A stretch of DNA of 61,530 bases, filler included, from Sphacelaria rigidula (Eukaryota): assembly GCA_964200075.2 (NCBI GenBank). It is 4 parts of 4 records of this genome, joined end to end, with 100 filler letters (N's around TTAATTAATTAA, not from the genome) between each part and the next. Parts side by side here need not be neighbours in the genome. Positions count along the whole stretch, not along the records: positions 46,225 to 61,530 come from CAXNAA020001807.1; 3 more parts are not named here. One strand, given 5' to 3'. A program made the translations under genes and the position numbers. The notes beneath the pieces were generated by a model. The model had not been told where the DNA came from and made no database searches. It saw nothing but the letters and a program-made list of their open reading frames with translations. Position 1 is the first letter of the stretch. Every line of letters begins with the position of its first letter. This document shows, piece after piece, positions 46,976-59,947 of this stretch.

Positions 46976-47814
46976 TGTGTGATATTATTCATGTCGATAG
47001 CGCGTCTTAGCTACAACTTGTGCGCTTGTTTTGTCTTGTTTTTCGAGGTGAGTGCAGAAAGTAAGCGTCGTTCCGTATTCTTCTGTTTCGCGTTACTAGT
47101 GTAGCTGAGCTGAGGAGAAGCCGAGCGCCTTGGCTGAGTACATGGAGTAATCTATTTGATTTGCTAGTGCTTATCCCCCCAGCTCAAGGCGACAACATCA
47201 TTTACGAAGTGGAGGAAGTGCCATGGCCTTGTTTGGATGTAGACGTGAGAATAAAACAGAAAGCGATGTAACCCCTGTGCACTGTGTACGGTAGTATTGT
47301 AGCAGCATATTTGATCTGTACTGGACGGATGAGCATTTTGTCGAGTGCTGCAGTAGCCAACATGAAATCGGCATGATCTGAATGGATGGCCATCTGGATA
47401 TTCTGCTCGCACAATGCGGTATGTATGGGCAAGAGAACGATATTTGTATTCGTTTTTTTCTCCTCCAGTTGCTGCTGCTGCTGCTACTCCTGCTGCTCCT
47501 GCTGACACAATCTTTCCTGGTATATGGACGAGACGTCCCTTATACGGAAAATGACTAAAATACGGAAATAGTGCGGGGGATAATAATCCTGTGGGTTTTT
47601 GAAAAAAATGCCCGCTTGACGTATGATTAGCACAAAAAGCTATTAAAATAACAAGCCAACGCAAGACCTCTCATGCTTCCCCTGCTGTGTGTTCACTTCC
47701 TTCTATCCTGTTTGTTGTCGCGTCTTGCCGTGTACTGTACTGAATCCCTGTACTGTATTCTCCCGGCGGTCGTCGCTCTGAAACATCCGCTATGTAATGA
47801 ATTGCGAATCACAG

Positions 47815-47913
47815 GTCTTGGCGGAGATTCCAGCCCAGGTTGTGGAGTACATGAACGACAATGGCATCAAGCCATGTCCGCCCAAAAAAGCGCTAAATCG
47901 GATTCCACGATGA
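47815..47913 (+). CDS. Copine, terminal exon
   Basis: cag|GTC TTG GCG GAG ATT CCA GCC CAG... = VLAEIPAQVVEYMNDNGIKPCPPKKALNRIPR*, matching the copine end motif VLAEIP.Q...Y....GI.P. In frame with the previous exon. Confidence 0.92.
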   Translation, partial: VLAEIPAQVVEYMNDNGIKPCPPKKALNRIPR

Positions 47914-47942
47914 CCTAAATGAGGGGAACAACAACATACCTC

Positions 47943-49130
47943 ATACAGCGGCCGAGATTTGAGGATACATGTAAATTCTCCATCATGCGGTGTTCATTCT
48001 GCTGGTTCGGTATGTTTTAACAGCAATATCTATTCGACAAAAGAACAGGATTTCGGACAGATGGGTGTAAATAAGGGTAATAACTTCGCGGCTCAGATAG
48101 AGGCCGATATCGACGAATCCGTGTGAAATCCATCATGCGGTGTTAATTGTCGCCGATTTGGTTTGGTTTCACGGGGTCGTTCATCCGAAAAAGAACAAGA
48201 TTTCACACAGATGAATGTGAATAAGGAGGATAACAACACGGCTCAGATAGTGGCCCGAGATTTGCGGATACGTGTCAACTGCATTATGCGGTGTTTATTG
48301 TGCCGGTTCGGTTTGGCTTAACGGGGTTGTATTCTTGACGGAAGAACAGGAATTCGAACAGATGGATGTAAATAAGGGGAATCACTACGCGGCTCAGATA
48401 GCGGCCGAGATTGTGCGGATACGTATGAACTCCATCATGCGGTATTTATTCTGCGGGTTTGGTCTGGCTTCAAGGGGTTACCTATTGGACAGAATAACAA
48501 GATTTCAGACAGGTGGATGTAAACAAGGGGGATAACTTCGCGGCTCAGATAGCGGCCGAGATTGTGCGGATGCGTGTGAACTCCACCGTGTGCTGTTTAT
48601 TTTCTGCCGGTTAGGTTTGGCTTCACAGGGTTATTTACTGGACAAAAGATAAGGATTTCAGGACAGATTTATGTAAATAACGGGGACAACAACACGGTTC
48701 AGATAGCGGCCGAGATTTTGCGGATAAATCACGTGTGAACTCCATCGTGCGGTGTTTATCGTGCAGGTTTGGTTTGGCTTCAGAGGGTTGTATATTGGAC
48801 ATACTGTAAGGACAGGGTTTCAGGACTGATGGATGTAAATAAGGGGGACGACAGCACGGCTCGGATAGCGACCAAGAGTTGCAGATACGTGTGAACTTCA
48901 TCATGCGGTGTTTATTCTGCCGGTTTGACCTTGCTCCACAGGGTTGTCTATTGGACAAAAGAACAGGATTTCAGGACATATGGATGTAAGTAAGGGTAAC
49001 AACTACGCGGCAAAAGAGAGCGGCCGAGTTGCGCGGATACGTTTAAGCTCCAACATACGGTGTTTGTTCTGCCGGGTTGGCCTGGCTTCATGGGGTTGTC
49101 CATCGGACAATAGAACAGGATTTCAGACAG
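47943..49130. repeat. Tandem satellite, ~151-bp unit, ~8 diverged copies
   Basis: GATAGCGGCCGAGATT...CCATCATGCGGTGTTTATT...GAACAGGATTTC...GATGGATGTAAATAAGGG recurs at about 47945, 48096, 48246, 48397, 48548, 48701, 48863 and 49016. Confidence 0.92.
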
Positions 49131-50597
49131 CGTACAGCTTTTCCAGTCTGAGCTTACCAGCTAAGTGATGAGAATAGTCAGCATCAGCATCTATTCATCC
49201 CGTTTCTTCCTTTTATTTATGGAGGTTAAACAAATGAATGAACCTTAAAGGTGTGCGTTAATATTGTTTTCGCTACGTGGGTGTTGTCTGCTGCCTCGTG
49301 TGATGAAACAAAAAAGTCTTCGACTTGATTTGTATTAGATGCACTTTCACAGGGGTGTACATGTTGCGTTACTTTGCCATAAAACGTTGATGGAAGAGGC
49401 TGGTGCATGCGTACAACGTCAGCCCATGTGTATGTATGGTTTTAAGCCCAGCGTTCGGTGTCTATATGGTTGGTTTCTTGTATCGTAGTTATCAGGTGTT
49501 GGGAATGGCAAAGCGCCCTGTTGTTATGATTTGCAAGTCGTATTCATATAGCCTGTCTGACGAGGGAACGGTTGTTGGACATGTAGCGAGCGACGAGATA
49601 TTATATATAATGGGTTATCTCAATCAGTATAATTTTCCCGTCACACCCTCATCACCCTCCCCTTCCTCGGGACGAGCCCGTGGTCTGAAGGGGATCGAGG
49701 CACTTCTACCCCGGTATATGCTTGCCTGATATCCTCGCCAGGTCACGTCATGTTCATGGACGCTGTGTAGTAATAGCAATATGTATGAGTTTTTGCCACC
49801 TATATATCTATGTATTACTTCATGTACAGTGCACATCCTAAATCGGCACACTTGGCATTAGCTGCAGTGGAACTAGACGACAGCCATGCACCTACAATTG
49901 ATCCTATTTCCACAAGCACCGAGTAGGCCACCACTCAAGCGTGCACTGTTTCCATTTGAAAGGAAGCGGCGCCCTACCACAAGGGGTCGCATACGCAGGA
50001 AAGATGGATGTTTACGTAACTCGTAGCTTTCCGATGCTCTGCGTGAAAAGTGCTTGTTTGTCTCTAAGGTGATGATTACTTTTATCTCAAGTTTCTGTCA
50101 CGGTACCGACAATACTGCCTGTACCGCAAAATGCGTCAACTGTGGCTCGCCAGAAGGCATCGCCTGTACACGTGTGTTTTCTCCAAACGTGTTGGATTCG
50201 CGCACATGGGACTACGACTTTCGCAATCACGGTAAGCAGAGCGGATCATGCAATACGACATGTATCGATATCGTTTGATGAAGGCAACGAGATTCAGATG
50301 CATCAAATTTGTGATGGTGCCGCAAAAGAAGAGAAGAGTGGGTTAGTGGTCACACCACGTTAGAAATGCATCGCGTGACCATTAATAGCGTCCCTGGTTC
50401 GATTCCGCGGGTCCAGCAGTTCCCACTCTCCCTTTTTTTCTTCCATCCTTTTCCTGCCTTTGCTTTCCTGGTGGCCACACTTTATTGTTTTACCCTCGGC
50501 AGCCATCTCACTGTACGCACCGCTCTGCTGGTAGGTAGTACAGCAGCAGCACCGATGACAGTCATCATCGGTCGGACGATGATGCCGACACACGTGG

Positions 50598-50926
50598 CCA
50601 TTTGGCTACCCCCCAAAATGCCTCCGGAGGGATGCGCGGCCCTCCAGAGGCAAAGCAAGCCTCCGGAGGCATTCCATCCCTCTGGAGGAACCAAACACTA
50701 CCGCCCTGGAGGGCCGCGCACCCTTCCGGAGGAATTTGAGGGTAGCAACCTGCCTCTGAAGGGATGCGTGAGCCTCTGAAACAAGACTCCGAAGGCCGTC
50801 AATCCCTCTGGAGGAAACAAAAAAGTAGTCCTCTGGAGGGCCGCGCACTCCTCCAGAGGCGTTTAATTCCTTTAGAGGCTCGAGAAGTTGACCGCTCTGG
50901 AGGAATTTTGGGGTAGCCAATTGGCT
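50598..50926. mobile_element. MITE-like element with multiple CCTC(C/T)(A/G)GAGG palindromes
   Basis: Imperfect TIR GCCATTTGGCTACCCCCCAAAATGCCTCCGGAG / CTCTGGAGGAATTTTGGGGTAGCCAATTGGC, with about 10 internal CCTCCGGAGG-like motifs. TSD not resolved. Confidence 0.7.
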
Positions 50927-52242
50927 GCCTGCGGAGCATCCATGAGCAACTCATGACGATGAATTTTTCTATCGATCCCCTGCCCCTCGATTGCGTCGAT
51001 ACTTCTTTACTTGAAGCTCCGCACTGTACTAAGTGTGTACGCTCACAGCGCTACATACATGTAATGTCTGAACGCTGCCTGCCAACAAAATAATTGGAGC
51101 CAGCGACGTTGATGCGGGTACAATCATTTTCTCGGGGTATGTTCCCTCCGGGCAGCATGAAAGAACACGCAACCACGACTATGAAACAATACTGTCTCTG
51201 GCCCCGGATGCAAAGCTGTGTCGGACACAGCAGCCATGGACACTGTAACGCCAACTCCGGCCACCGCAACCATACCAGGGGCACCGCGTCACTTGAAGGA
51301 ACCTTGGGCACGCAAGTTTATATAAGAAAACGTATTTATGGAAAAAAGGCGCCTGTGTACCAATAAATGATCGCTTGCACAAACATGGTACGAATGTTTG
51401 CTGAGAAAGGGGGAGATAGGCAATCCTGAACGGGGGGAGGACCCTCGTGTAAAGAGGCCATCGACTCATGGGAGAAGTACCTTCATGGGAGATGGTCCAG
51501 GTCACCATCCTCAGCTGCTTCTCTCGCTCGCCCGAAAAGGCAGGGACACATACACACGTGTGTGTGCTTCTCCCCCCCCATATTGCTGTACAGGGGTTTG
51601 ACGACGCATGCATCTCTCATTGACGGGAAGGGGTGGAAGGACAGATGCGGGCGTTGCTTTCGACGGTTCTGCTGCTTGCAAAACTTGCGGAAGTAAATAG
51701 TGAATGTGGGGGGGTGTAGTGGTGATGATACCTAGGTAGCGGACAAAGTAGGCCTGTAGTGGTATTGTTCTGATGGCACGGTCAAGATCATGTCACGCGC
51801 GTGCCTGGGTGTTCCTTGGTAGATGCACCTTGGTAGACCCACCAAGACCCCGTAGAGGTGAAATAGAACCTCCCCGTTCACAGTCGAATCAAGTCTTGCT
51901 GCGCACGCACAGTAGTTCAGGAGTTCCAGGGCTACTATGCAGGTACAGTGATGTGACGTTTTATGCTTTCATCCGGGTACGAAAAAATGTGCCGCGAATG
52001 CGCTATGTGGTAGTTTCGATGCTTAAAGCAGAACAGAGCGGCGGGGTTGTGCTGGACAACATGTACCATTTTTCTTGTCATCATCTGTACACATATATTG
52101 ATAGCGGATCCTAAAAAACGGGGTCGATCTCAAAATGAGGTTCAAGTGGCATATCCTTTGTACAGGGATGACGCGGAACAGTTACACAGAGCGAAACCAT
52201 CCCCCCTCCCAAAGCTCTGCAGCAGTGAATTAGTTGTGGCTA

Positions 52243-52617
52243 GGTGCACCCAACGAATGCAGTGTACACGCATGTCGATCACGATATCACCAGAGAGAGA
52301 AGCAACGACAGAGAGGAAGCTCCTCGCCCGTGTCCTTTGTGTGTCCTCGCGCGGCGATCACCAATCGCTTGAGAGACTGGCATCATCGATGATACCAGTA
52401 CGTGCCCAATTTTCTATGTGCCAGAATATCGAGCTGCGGAGAGATTTCGTCTCTTCTTGCCTGTGGAGCTCACCAATGCGACGATCGATCTCTCTCTGCC
52501 TCTCTTTTCGGACAGGACGCGCCTCTGTGCGCTGAAAAATATGTCGTTGAAAAACAGGGCAACGTTCCCGTCACCGCTACTACCTGTCATACACATGCCA
52601 GCAAGGGCGGTGCTGCG
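52243..52617. repeat. Dispersed repeat, copy 1 (direct copy at 61073-61461)
   Basis: GGTGCACCCAACGAATGC.GTGTACACGC.TGTCGAT...ATATCACCAGAGAGAGAAGCAA.GACAGAGAGGAAGCTCCTCGCCCGTGTCC is shared by both copies. Confidence 0.9.
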
Positions 52618-54381
52618 TCAATGCTGCAATCTGGAGCTTTCGTCGCTCTACTCTGCTTACTGCCCTCTGCACAGACGTCGCCCACCGTAACAACATGAAA
52701 ATACCGAAAATCCGAACAGATGTGGAAGCAAAACAGTTCGGTTTTGTAAACTACGTCCATATGATTGAAGTGACTCTTGATACCTGAGGGAAAGTGGTCG
52801 CTTTGGGTCCGGCGGAACCTGCGAAGATACTGTCGAACAGCACTATCAAACCTTGCTGGCATTGGCATGTGCCAATCAGTACAGAACCGAACCGAAAACG
52901 ACGGCTTAACGTTCTTATTAAAAAGCAACGGGCATAAAACGGTTTGCAGATGAGAAAAGGGGAATGTTCATACAGGAGAAACTCTCCGTTGCCCCGTGAG
53001 TGTCACATGCACTCGCAAAAACTCTGTAGTCGTTCTTTCATATCTGGCGGAGAAGGGGAAGCCACAGTTCCTCAGGTAACAAGAGTCATTTCAATGACGT
53101 GGACGTAGTTTAGAAAATCAGACTGTTTTGCTTGTATAGCCGTAAGGTTTCAGAGTGATATGCATGCGATTTTGCCTTGGCTTTTGTTGGTTGTCAAACT
53201 CGTTCGTTTGCCTTGAACTCGCTTTGAGGGTGCTGTAGCCAAATGATACCAAGCCGTAGAGTTTCAGTGTAATCGCATGCATGATTGGAGCAGTGGAAGG
53301 GACCAGGGGACCCTGGGTTGATGGCCCTTTTTTGTGTGGTCCCTTGCTGTCTGACTCGTGATTTGTTGAGGATCATTCCGTGATAATAACAAGTTAGAAG
53401 GAAGGGCTTGTCGAGCACGACGCCAGTGATACTAGAGGAGCCCATCGTTGAAAGTCCTCTCGTCCAGATCGTCTGGCAGAGGCTATAAGCCACTCTCACG
53501 CCCTCTCTCATGTGCTAATATTACTGTGGTATGTTCACACCTCGCGAAGACGGTTCGGACTCCGCGGGGTTTGTCTATGAGCTACTGTTGTATTCCGTCT
53601 GTACCAAATGATTATAGTCGGCACGCAATGCTGTCTTGTCAAATTTGAAAATGCCATAATAATGCGTTTGTTGGACGCCGTGTCTTCCGCAACGAGCAAC
53701 GAGCAAAGCGCCTTATGCCCAGAGCCATCATCCCTGTGCTACAGCTGAGACTGTAATGTGGTGCGTTTGAACCCTACGAAGACGGCCTATCTGCGCTGGG
53801 GATTGCCTGAGGTGCTGTAGTGTTGTGTCCCGGTCGGTACGAGTGTAGTCGGCACGCAGTCGTGTCTACACGTCTACACACTGTTGAAGGCGTCATGGTG
53901 TGTTGGCTGCTGGGTCTTCTATTAAACAGACAAGGCTCTTCGTGCTCACACACATCATTTCTATGCTGTAGTTGCCGCTGTACAGTGGTGCGTTTGGACC
54001 TCGCAAGGACGGTTTGATGTAAGGTGGGCGCCGCCTGAGCTGCTATATTGCTGCTGTTTTCCAGTCTGTACAGAATTGGGGTGGGAACACATTGCCGTCT
54101 TTTCATGAGCTGGGGTCGCCTAAAAACAGATGCAAAAGGGGATCCAAAATGGACACGAATATTTCAATGGGAACGGCAAAAGGAGGTGGTGTTCGAAGTT
54201 GTGCCAAATGGTATATGCGCCCTACGCTGACGTAAAACGGGCAAATATCGCCAACATTCAGCAGCCCGGAAGGCACCAAACAACTGTATGTTTTGCAACT
54301 TGTCGACAAGTTATTACGGAAAAAATTCTCAAACTTTCTTCAACTCAAACTTTCTTCAAACCCACTGCTTCCCAAACGACC

Positions 54382-54641
54382 TGTGACGAATATACGCCGT
54401 TACGTTGAGTTGGTAGGGATTATATGGATAATGACTGGGGGCACGGGGATTCTGGAGGATTCTGAATAATGACCGGGGACACAAGGATGGTACCCTGCGG
54501 GTCTAGGAGGTTGGTGCCTTGGAAGGGCACTCCTGATAATATGAGATGTTGTCAAGGCTGACAACTGAAACTGACGCCAGTGAGATTGGGGAGTTCCTCA
54601 ACAGCAGTGATCCACCAGTCCTTCTTCTGGTTGGCGTCACA
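54382..54641 (+). repeat. 5' LTR (260 bp)
   Basis: TGTGACG...CGTCACA termini. About 27 differences from the 3' LTR by manual count (~90% identity). Confidence 0.95.
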
Positions 54642-57600
54642 AGACCGATATTAGTGCTAGTGTTAGTGCTTGAAATAGTACCCAGCAAAACCTGCTGTAA
54701 GGATTTCGGCGGAGGAGTCTGGCAGCTGTGGAGAATCTGAAAAACCACGGACGCGTGGAGAGGGTTCCAGCGGAGGCGGCTGCAGAAAAGCGGCTGGCCT
54801 GTGATTGATCCAGACTAGAAACTTGCTGAAGCTGCGTGCAGCGGAAGTTTGGAAGCTCTTACAACTGTGTGGTGCGGCGACGAAGCCAGGAAATGTGCAA
54901 TTCGCGAAGGTCCGCTGGCCTGCAAAATGTTTGCAAGTAGCCGGTTGCAGCTATGGCCACCGGCTCGCGTGGTACGTCCAGCGTGACACCCGTGGTCATG
55001 CGGGAAGAGTTGCGACCTCCCCAATACAGGAATAGGTACTCAGAGAGTACATCTCGTTCTTTTTATACGAAGTAGTTTGAGTATAAGAAGCGTGTGGAGC
55101 ACGCTCACGCAGGGGGTGCTGCACGGCATCAGGTGGTGTCAGTGGCTCAACAAGTACCAACTCATGTGCAGAAAGTGTTTGCTCGTTTGGAGCATGATGA
55201 GAGCACAATCACCTCACAGCAGCTGGTTGCGACGATCAAGAAGTATGGGCATGCGGCGGGCACCGAGGTGGAGCTGACCCAAGTGTCCGCGACCGTGGCG
55301 AAAGCTGTCGCCATGGGTTCTAGGGGAAATACGATGTTGGAGTAGGTGGAGTCAATCCTGGGGAAGTATTTCACGGAAAATCCGAACGTGGAACTGGTAT
55401 ATCGTTCCCCCGGCTGTAGTAATCACTAAGGCTTTGATGGAAGGGTTAGCGCCGGAAAAATTCAAGCAAGCCGTGCTTGTCAAGCTGAGGCACGAAAAGA
55501 ATTAGAAGGCAGACCCCTACTTGGTGATGGACACCGTCCAAGGAGTGGCGGGAAATAGAGGTGTTTGGCCAGTCGTCCACCTCCTCGCCGAAATCTTCGC
55601 GCAACCACAGCTCGAAATTGACCGGCTGCGCCGCGAGTATTACTTGCCACCGCTGTGGCCAGGTCGGCCATTACGCGCGCGATTGCCCAACGTCTTCCGG
55701 TGGAGAGTCTGGGCAGTCTTATGCCGCGCGCCATCAGCATCGTCAACACAAGGGCAGAGGACGAGTTGATCGGGGTGGTGGCGGCGGCGGATCCTCCGGC
55801 GGTGGAGGGTCGCAGTCGAGTCTTCAGCAGCAGCAGCAGCAGCCGCAGCAGCAGCAGCAGCAGCAGCAGGGGCAGCAGGGGCAGCACGGATCTGGTTCTG
55901 GGTCCGGCGCCGCTGTAGGTGCTGAGAGATGCTACGGTAGCAACAGGCGGCGCAGGTGGGACCGACTTCTACGCGCAGGTGGAACCGACTTCTACAGTGT
56001 CGAACATTGTGCCGGCGCCGGTGGTGGCGCCAGTGGCGACACCGGCAGCAGCGCCAGGCGCGACACCTGCTGATGCGTTGATCGGAAGTTCGCTAAATTC
56101 TTCGTCTGCTGGCTGGGAGTCATACCCGCCAGCGGTACCGTTTGAAGCTGCCGGGGCGTCTCCGCCTGCGCAGCTAGCGCAGCCTTGGCGTCAAGTGGGA
56201 TTAGCGGCGCATTCGTCCGCGGATGAAGTGCCAGTGGAGTTTGCGGGCAGGTACGTTCCTGCGGAGTTGTGTCTTCCAAATCAACGGGAGAGTGGAGCCA
56301 TTGTGGTTCGGTCTGTGTTGAATTCTGGCGCCTATTTCACTAGTCTGCCGGTGCAGATGGTGGACTCTTGGGTGTGCCGCTGAGCATCCCGTTTTCGCTC
56401 GGGGCGCGGCAGGCAGTCACCACGTCGGGTCAACATGTTCCCGTCACGGAGCGTACTGTTCCGTTGCAGTTGGCCTTCAAGACTGCCTGGGGGCTGGCGC
56501 CGTTGCCTCCGATCTCGTTTGCAATTATGACGGAGTCGGATGGCGTTGTTCTTCTGGGGTTGTCGACGCTTCAGGATCTAGGAATCGACCCGTATGAGCG
56601 GTTGAAGGACTCCATCAAGACGCGGATATCCCCGCCTGGTCCGCACGTGGAGATGCCCGCCTTTTTGGACAGTCGTCGCGTGAGCTTGTCGCTGGGTGCT
56701 TTTCAGGAGGCTGGGGGGGCAGGCGACCGAGGAGCGGGATGCGGCGGTGGAACGCTGGGTAGAGCGCGGCCTGGACGTGTTTATGGATCCGACGGAAGAC
56801 GAGTCCGCCCGGACGGTCGCGCTGGAGGAGAGCATGACGGATGCTGTGGTGAAAGGCCTCAGCGTCCCCAAAGCGGAACGCCTGCGCGGAAAATTTCATC
56901 GCCGCGTCAACGCGTTTCGTCGTGCGCTGCGGGGTGATCCCCATGCACGTATGGAGCCCATGCGTGTTCAGCTAAAACCTGGGGTGTTCGCGGTGAAGGT
57001 GAAGCCGCGGCGGTACGATCCGGTGAAGTCGAGCTGGTTGGCGTCGTGCATGGCGGCTCTTCTGGCGCATGGGTAGGCAACCCGGAACCTGCAGGCGGTG
57101 TGGTCCAGTCCGGCGATGGTGGCTCCCAAAAAAGACTCGTTTTTTCCTGGAAAGCGTCTACAAGGCCGTAAATGAGCAGGTTGAGAAGTCGCCGGGTGTG
57201 ATGCCCAATCAAGAGTTGGACATGCGTGATCTCTTGAGTGCTCGTTTTATGACAAGTTGGACCTCCTCCAAGGTTATTGGCAAATGCCGTTGGCGAAGGA
57301 GGCGCAGGGAATTTTCACAATCACGACCCCGTTTAGCTTGTTTACCCCGAAGCGAGTGCCGCAAGGCGTGCTGAATGCCATGGCATATTTTCAAGGCATC
57401 ATGACAGAACTGCTTGTCGGCTTGAAATGCAAGATATGAGTGGATGATGTGGTTTTGCGCGGACACGGAAGACAGACGCTTAGATACGCTTGATGCTATC
57501 TTGGCTGGTTTAGAGAATGTTGGTTTGTTTGCGGTGGCGCACAAATGCACTTTCTTCGCTAGTGAACTCGTGTGGTGTGGGAAGGTGTACTCACACGGAG

Positions 57601-58053
57601 GCGTATCTTATGGCCCTGTCAGATTGCAAGGCTTGTCTGACATGCGGCGCCCGGAGACGGCCGCAGAACTCATGCAATGCCCGCAGTTCGTCAATTGGCT
57701 GCGTACCTCGTTGCCGCGTATGGCAAAAACCGTAGCTGCCCTGCGCGTTTTCCTCGAAGAACTTATGGCGGGTGCTGCGTGGCGGACGAAGCGTGTTGCA
57801 GAAAACCGCGCTCTTCCACCTGCATCGCGGACGGCGAGTAGGCTGCAGGCGTGGGCGGCAGCGAAGGATCTGGTAGCTCACGCCGTGACGCTGTTCCATC
57901 CTCATCCTGATCGTCAGGTGTTGGTGTTTCCGGATGCATCTGAGTCCCATTGGGGTAGTTTTGTCACGCAGGTTCCTAAAGTTGAGTTGCAAAGACGCTC
58001 GCCGGTTGAGGATATAACGCATGCACCGCTGGCTTTCCTCCGTGGTAGTTTCA

Positions 58054-58312
58054 GAGTGATGCTGCGATAGGGTCTGCACTTTTGGGGTCAAAACCGGCCT
58101 GATTCAGGGGTTCCTAACAATTATGGACTACACAAGAGTATGGGTCAGGATATCCCAGTTTGCAAATTCATTCGGAATATCCCTAGCAAATTGGAAGAAA
58201 AATCCTGGCGTACTCTCACCTTTTTCGAAAGTCGTGTTTTGGATGAGATAAAGGGTTCCTAACAATTCTACTCTCAGGCCGTAAAAGTGCTGACCCTATC
58301 GCAGCATCCCTC
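58054..58312. mobile_element. 259-bp MITE (GAG...CTC termini, Sola-like) nested in Gypsy RNase H
   Basis: 30-bp TIR GAG(T/G)GATGCTGCGATAGGGTC(T/A)GCACTTTT with a 4-bp TSD TTCA. Removing it restores RGSFKSSQLRWATIDKE. Confidence 0.9.
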
Positions 58313-59947
58313 TTCAAGAGTTCACAGTTGCGCTGGGCCACAATTGACAAGGAAGGTTTTGCTATCGTGAGAACGTTTCGTCGTTTGGAGCATTTTTTGT
58401 GGGATGGCGTGCTCATTTTCACGGATTACCGAAATCTCGTGTATATTTTCAACCCGGAAGCGTGCGTCACGTCTGTGTCGAAGGCATTGGCAAAACGTTT
58501 GGAGGCTTGGAAAGCTGTTCTTGGCCAGTATCGTAACTCGATATGCCACATTTCGGGCGACCGTAACGCGTGGGGTAACTTGCTTTCGCATTGAGTGAAT
58601 ATTCCGGCTTTGCTTGTGCGCGCTGTGGCTATGTATAGTCCTTGTGAACCTGATGACTCGATGCCGTCCAAATCTGTTGTCCGCCAAGCGCAACGAAAAG
58701 ACCTTGGGGCCGAAGATGCGGATGTTCAATTTTTCGAGCCGGCCGTTGGTACTTCTATTTTGGACTACAAAGGTCTGTTTCGTGTGCATGTGCGTGGCCG
58801 AAACGTTTTGTGGACCACGAGTTCGCGGTGGCGTATTCTCCATGCTCTAACGGCACGTGCGAACGCATGGTCAAGGAAGTACTTTTTGCTCTCCGCTCTA
58901 TTCTTCTCGAGCAGCATAGAGCGGTTTCCGAGTGGGTGGACGTGTTGCCTGCGGTGAAATGGACGCTCAATACAGCGTATCGTCGTCGTCACAATAGTAC
59001 GCCGTATCACGTGATGTTTGGTCGTGCTTTTCGGACGTCTTTCTCGGTGCTGGCGTCTTCGTCGGCGGGGGAATGGAACTGTGACATTTTGGACGATGTT
59101 CAAATTTAGCGTGGATTGAAACGCGCCTTGGACATGCAAGAACATTTCCACGTTCAAGTGCATGCACGTGTCGCCGCTGAACGTGCGCGTAGGCGTGAGG
59201 GTTCCTCGTCGGGGCTGGAACTGCCGAATTTTGAGGTGGGCGGCCATGTCTTGTATGCACGCGTGCGTCATCCGGGCGTTACGCCCACGTTGATGGCGAC
59301 GTAGACTGGTCCATGGCGAGTGGTCGGGGGCTGGATTCGCAACGTATTACAAATCTTGTGATAAGCATCAGCCGGTTCATCACTCCATCGGATCTTGCGG
59401 CAGTGTGATTCTCGTCAAAAGAAGCAACAACCAAGGTTGCATTCCTTTGTCGCTCGGACTGACGTAGTCTCTGGAATCTTATCGTACCCGTTGGTTGGAG
59501 CTCACCACCCGCACGTGTTTGAGATTCAGAATATTGTTTCGGGTCGTGTTCAGACCGCCCATGTCGTTTGTTTGCGTTTCATGCAGACTCGCAGAATGAT
59601 GTTACGGCTGTAACCTCAAGGGTGTGTTCCAGCATGCTTTCAATCAGGGGCAATTTCAGATGGCTGGTATTGTCCGAGGGGCAGAAGCAGGTGATCGTTC
59701 GGTGATCGTGTTGGTCGATTGGGTTGGATTCGAAGTTGAGGGGCGTACGTAGGAGCCTTTCAGGGATATTTTTGAAGGCCGCTCCGGAATTTCTTACGAA
59801 GGAGTCGCGTACATTGCGCGTGACTCGTGTCGTTGCTGCTCGCATTTCGAGTGAGTTTGGGATTCAGTTGTGACTTACTCATCGTTTTGGCGTTTTCTAT
59901 GTGTCAAGCTTGTTGATCGAGTTTCGCCCAACGCGCTTTGGGGGTGC

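Noticed and set aside
47943-49130. Possible CRISPR-like array or repeat protein (ORFs 48272-48535, 48635-48958)
   Set aside because: Whole units are homologous with no unique spacers, and frames are broken by stops and indels. It is a satellite.
50338-50415. tRNA gene (GGTTCGATTCC B-box)
   Set aside because: No convincing cloverleaf or acceptor stem. At best a decayed SINE head.
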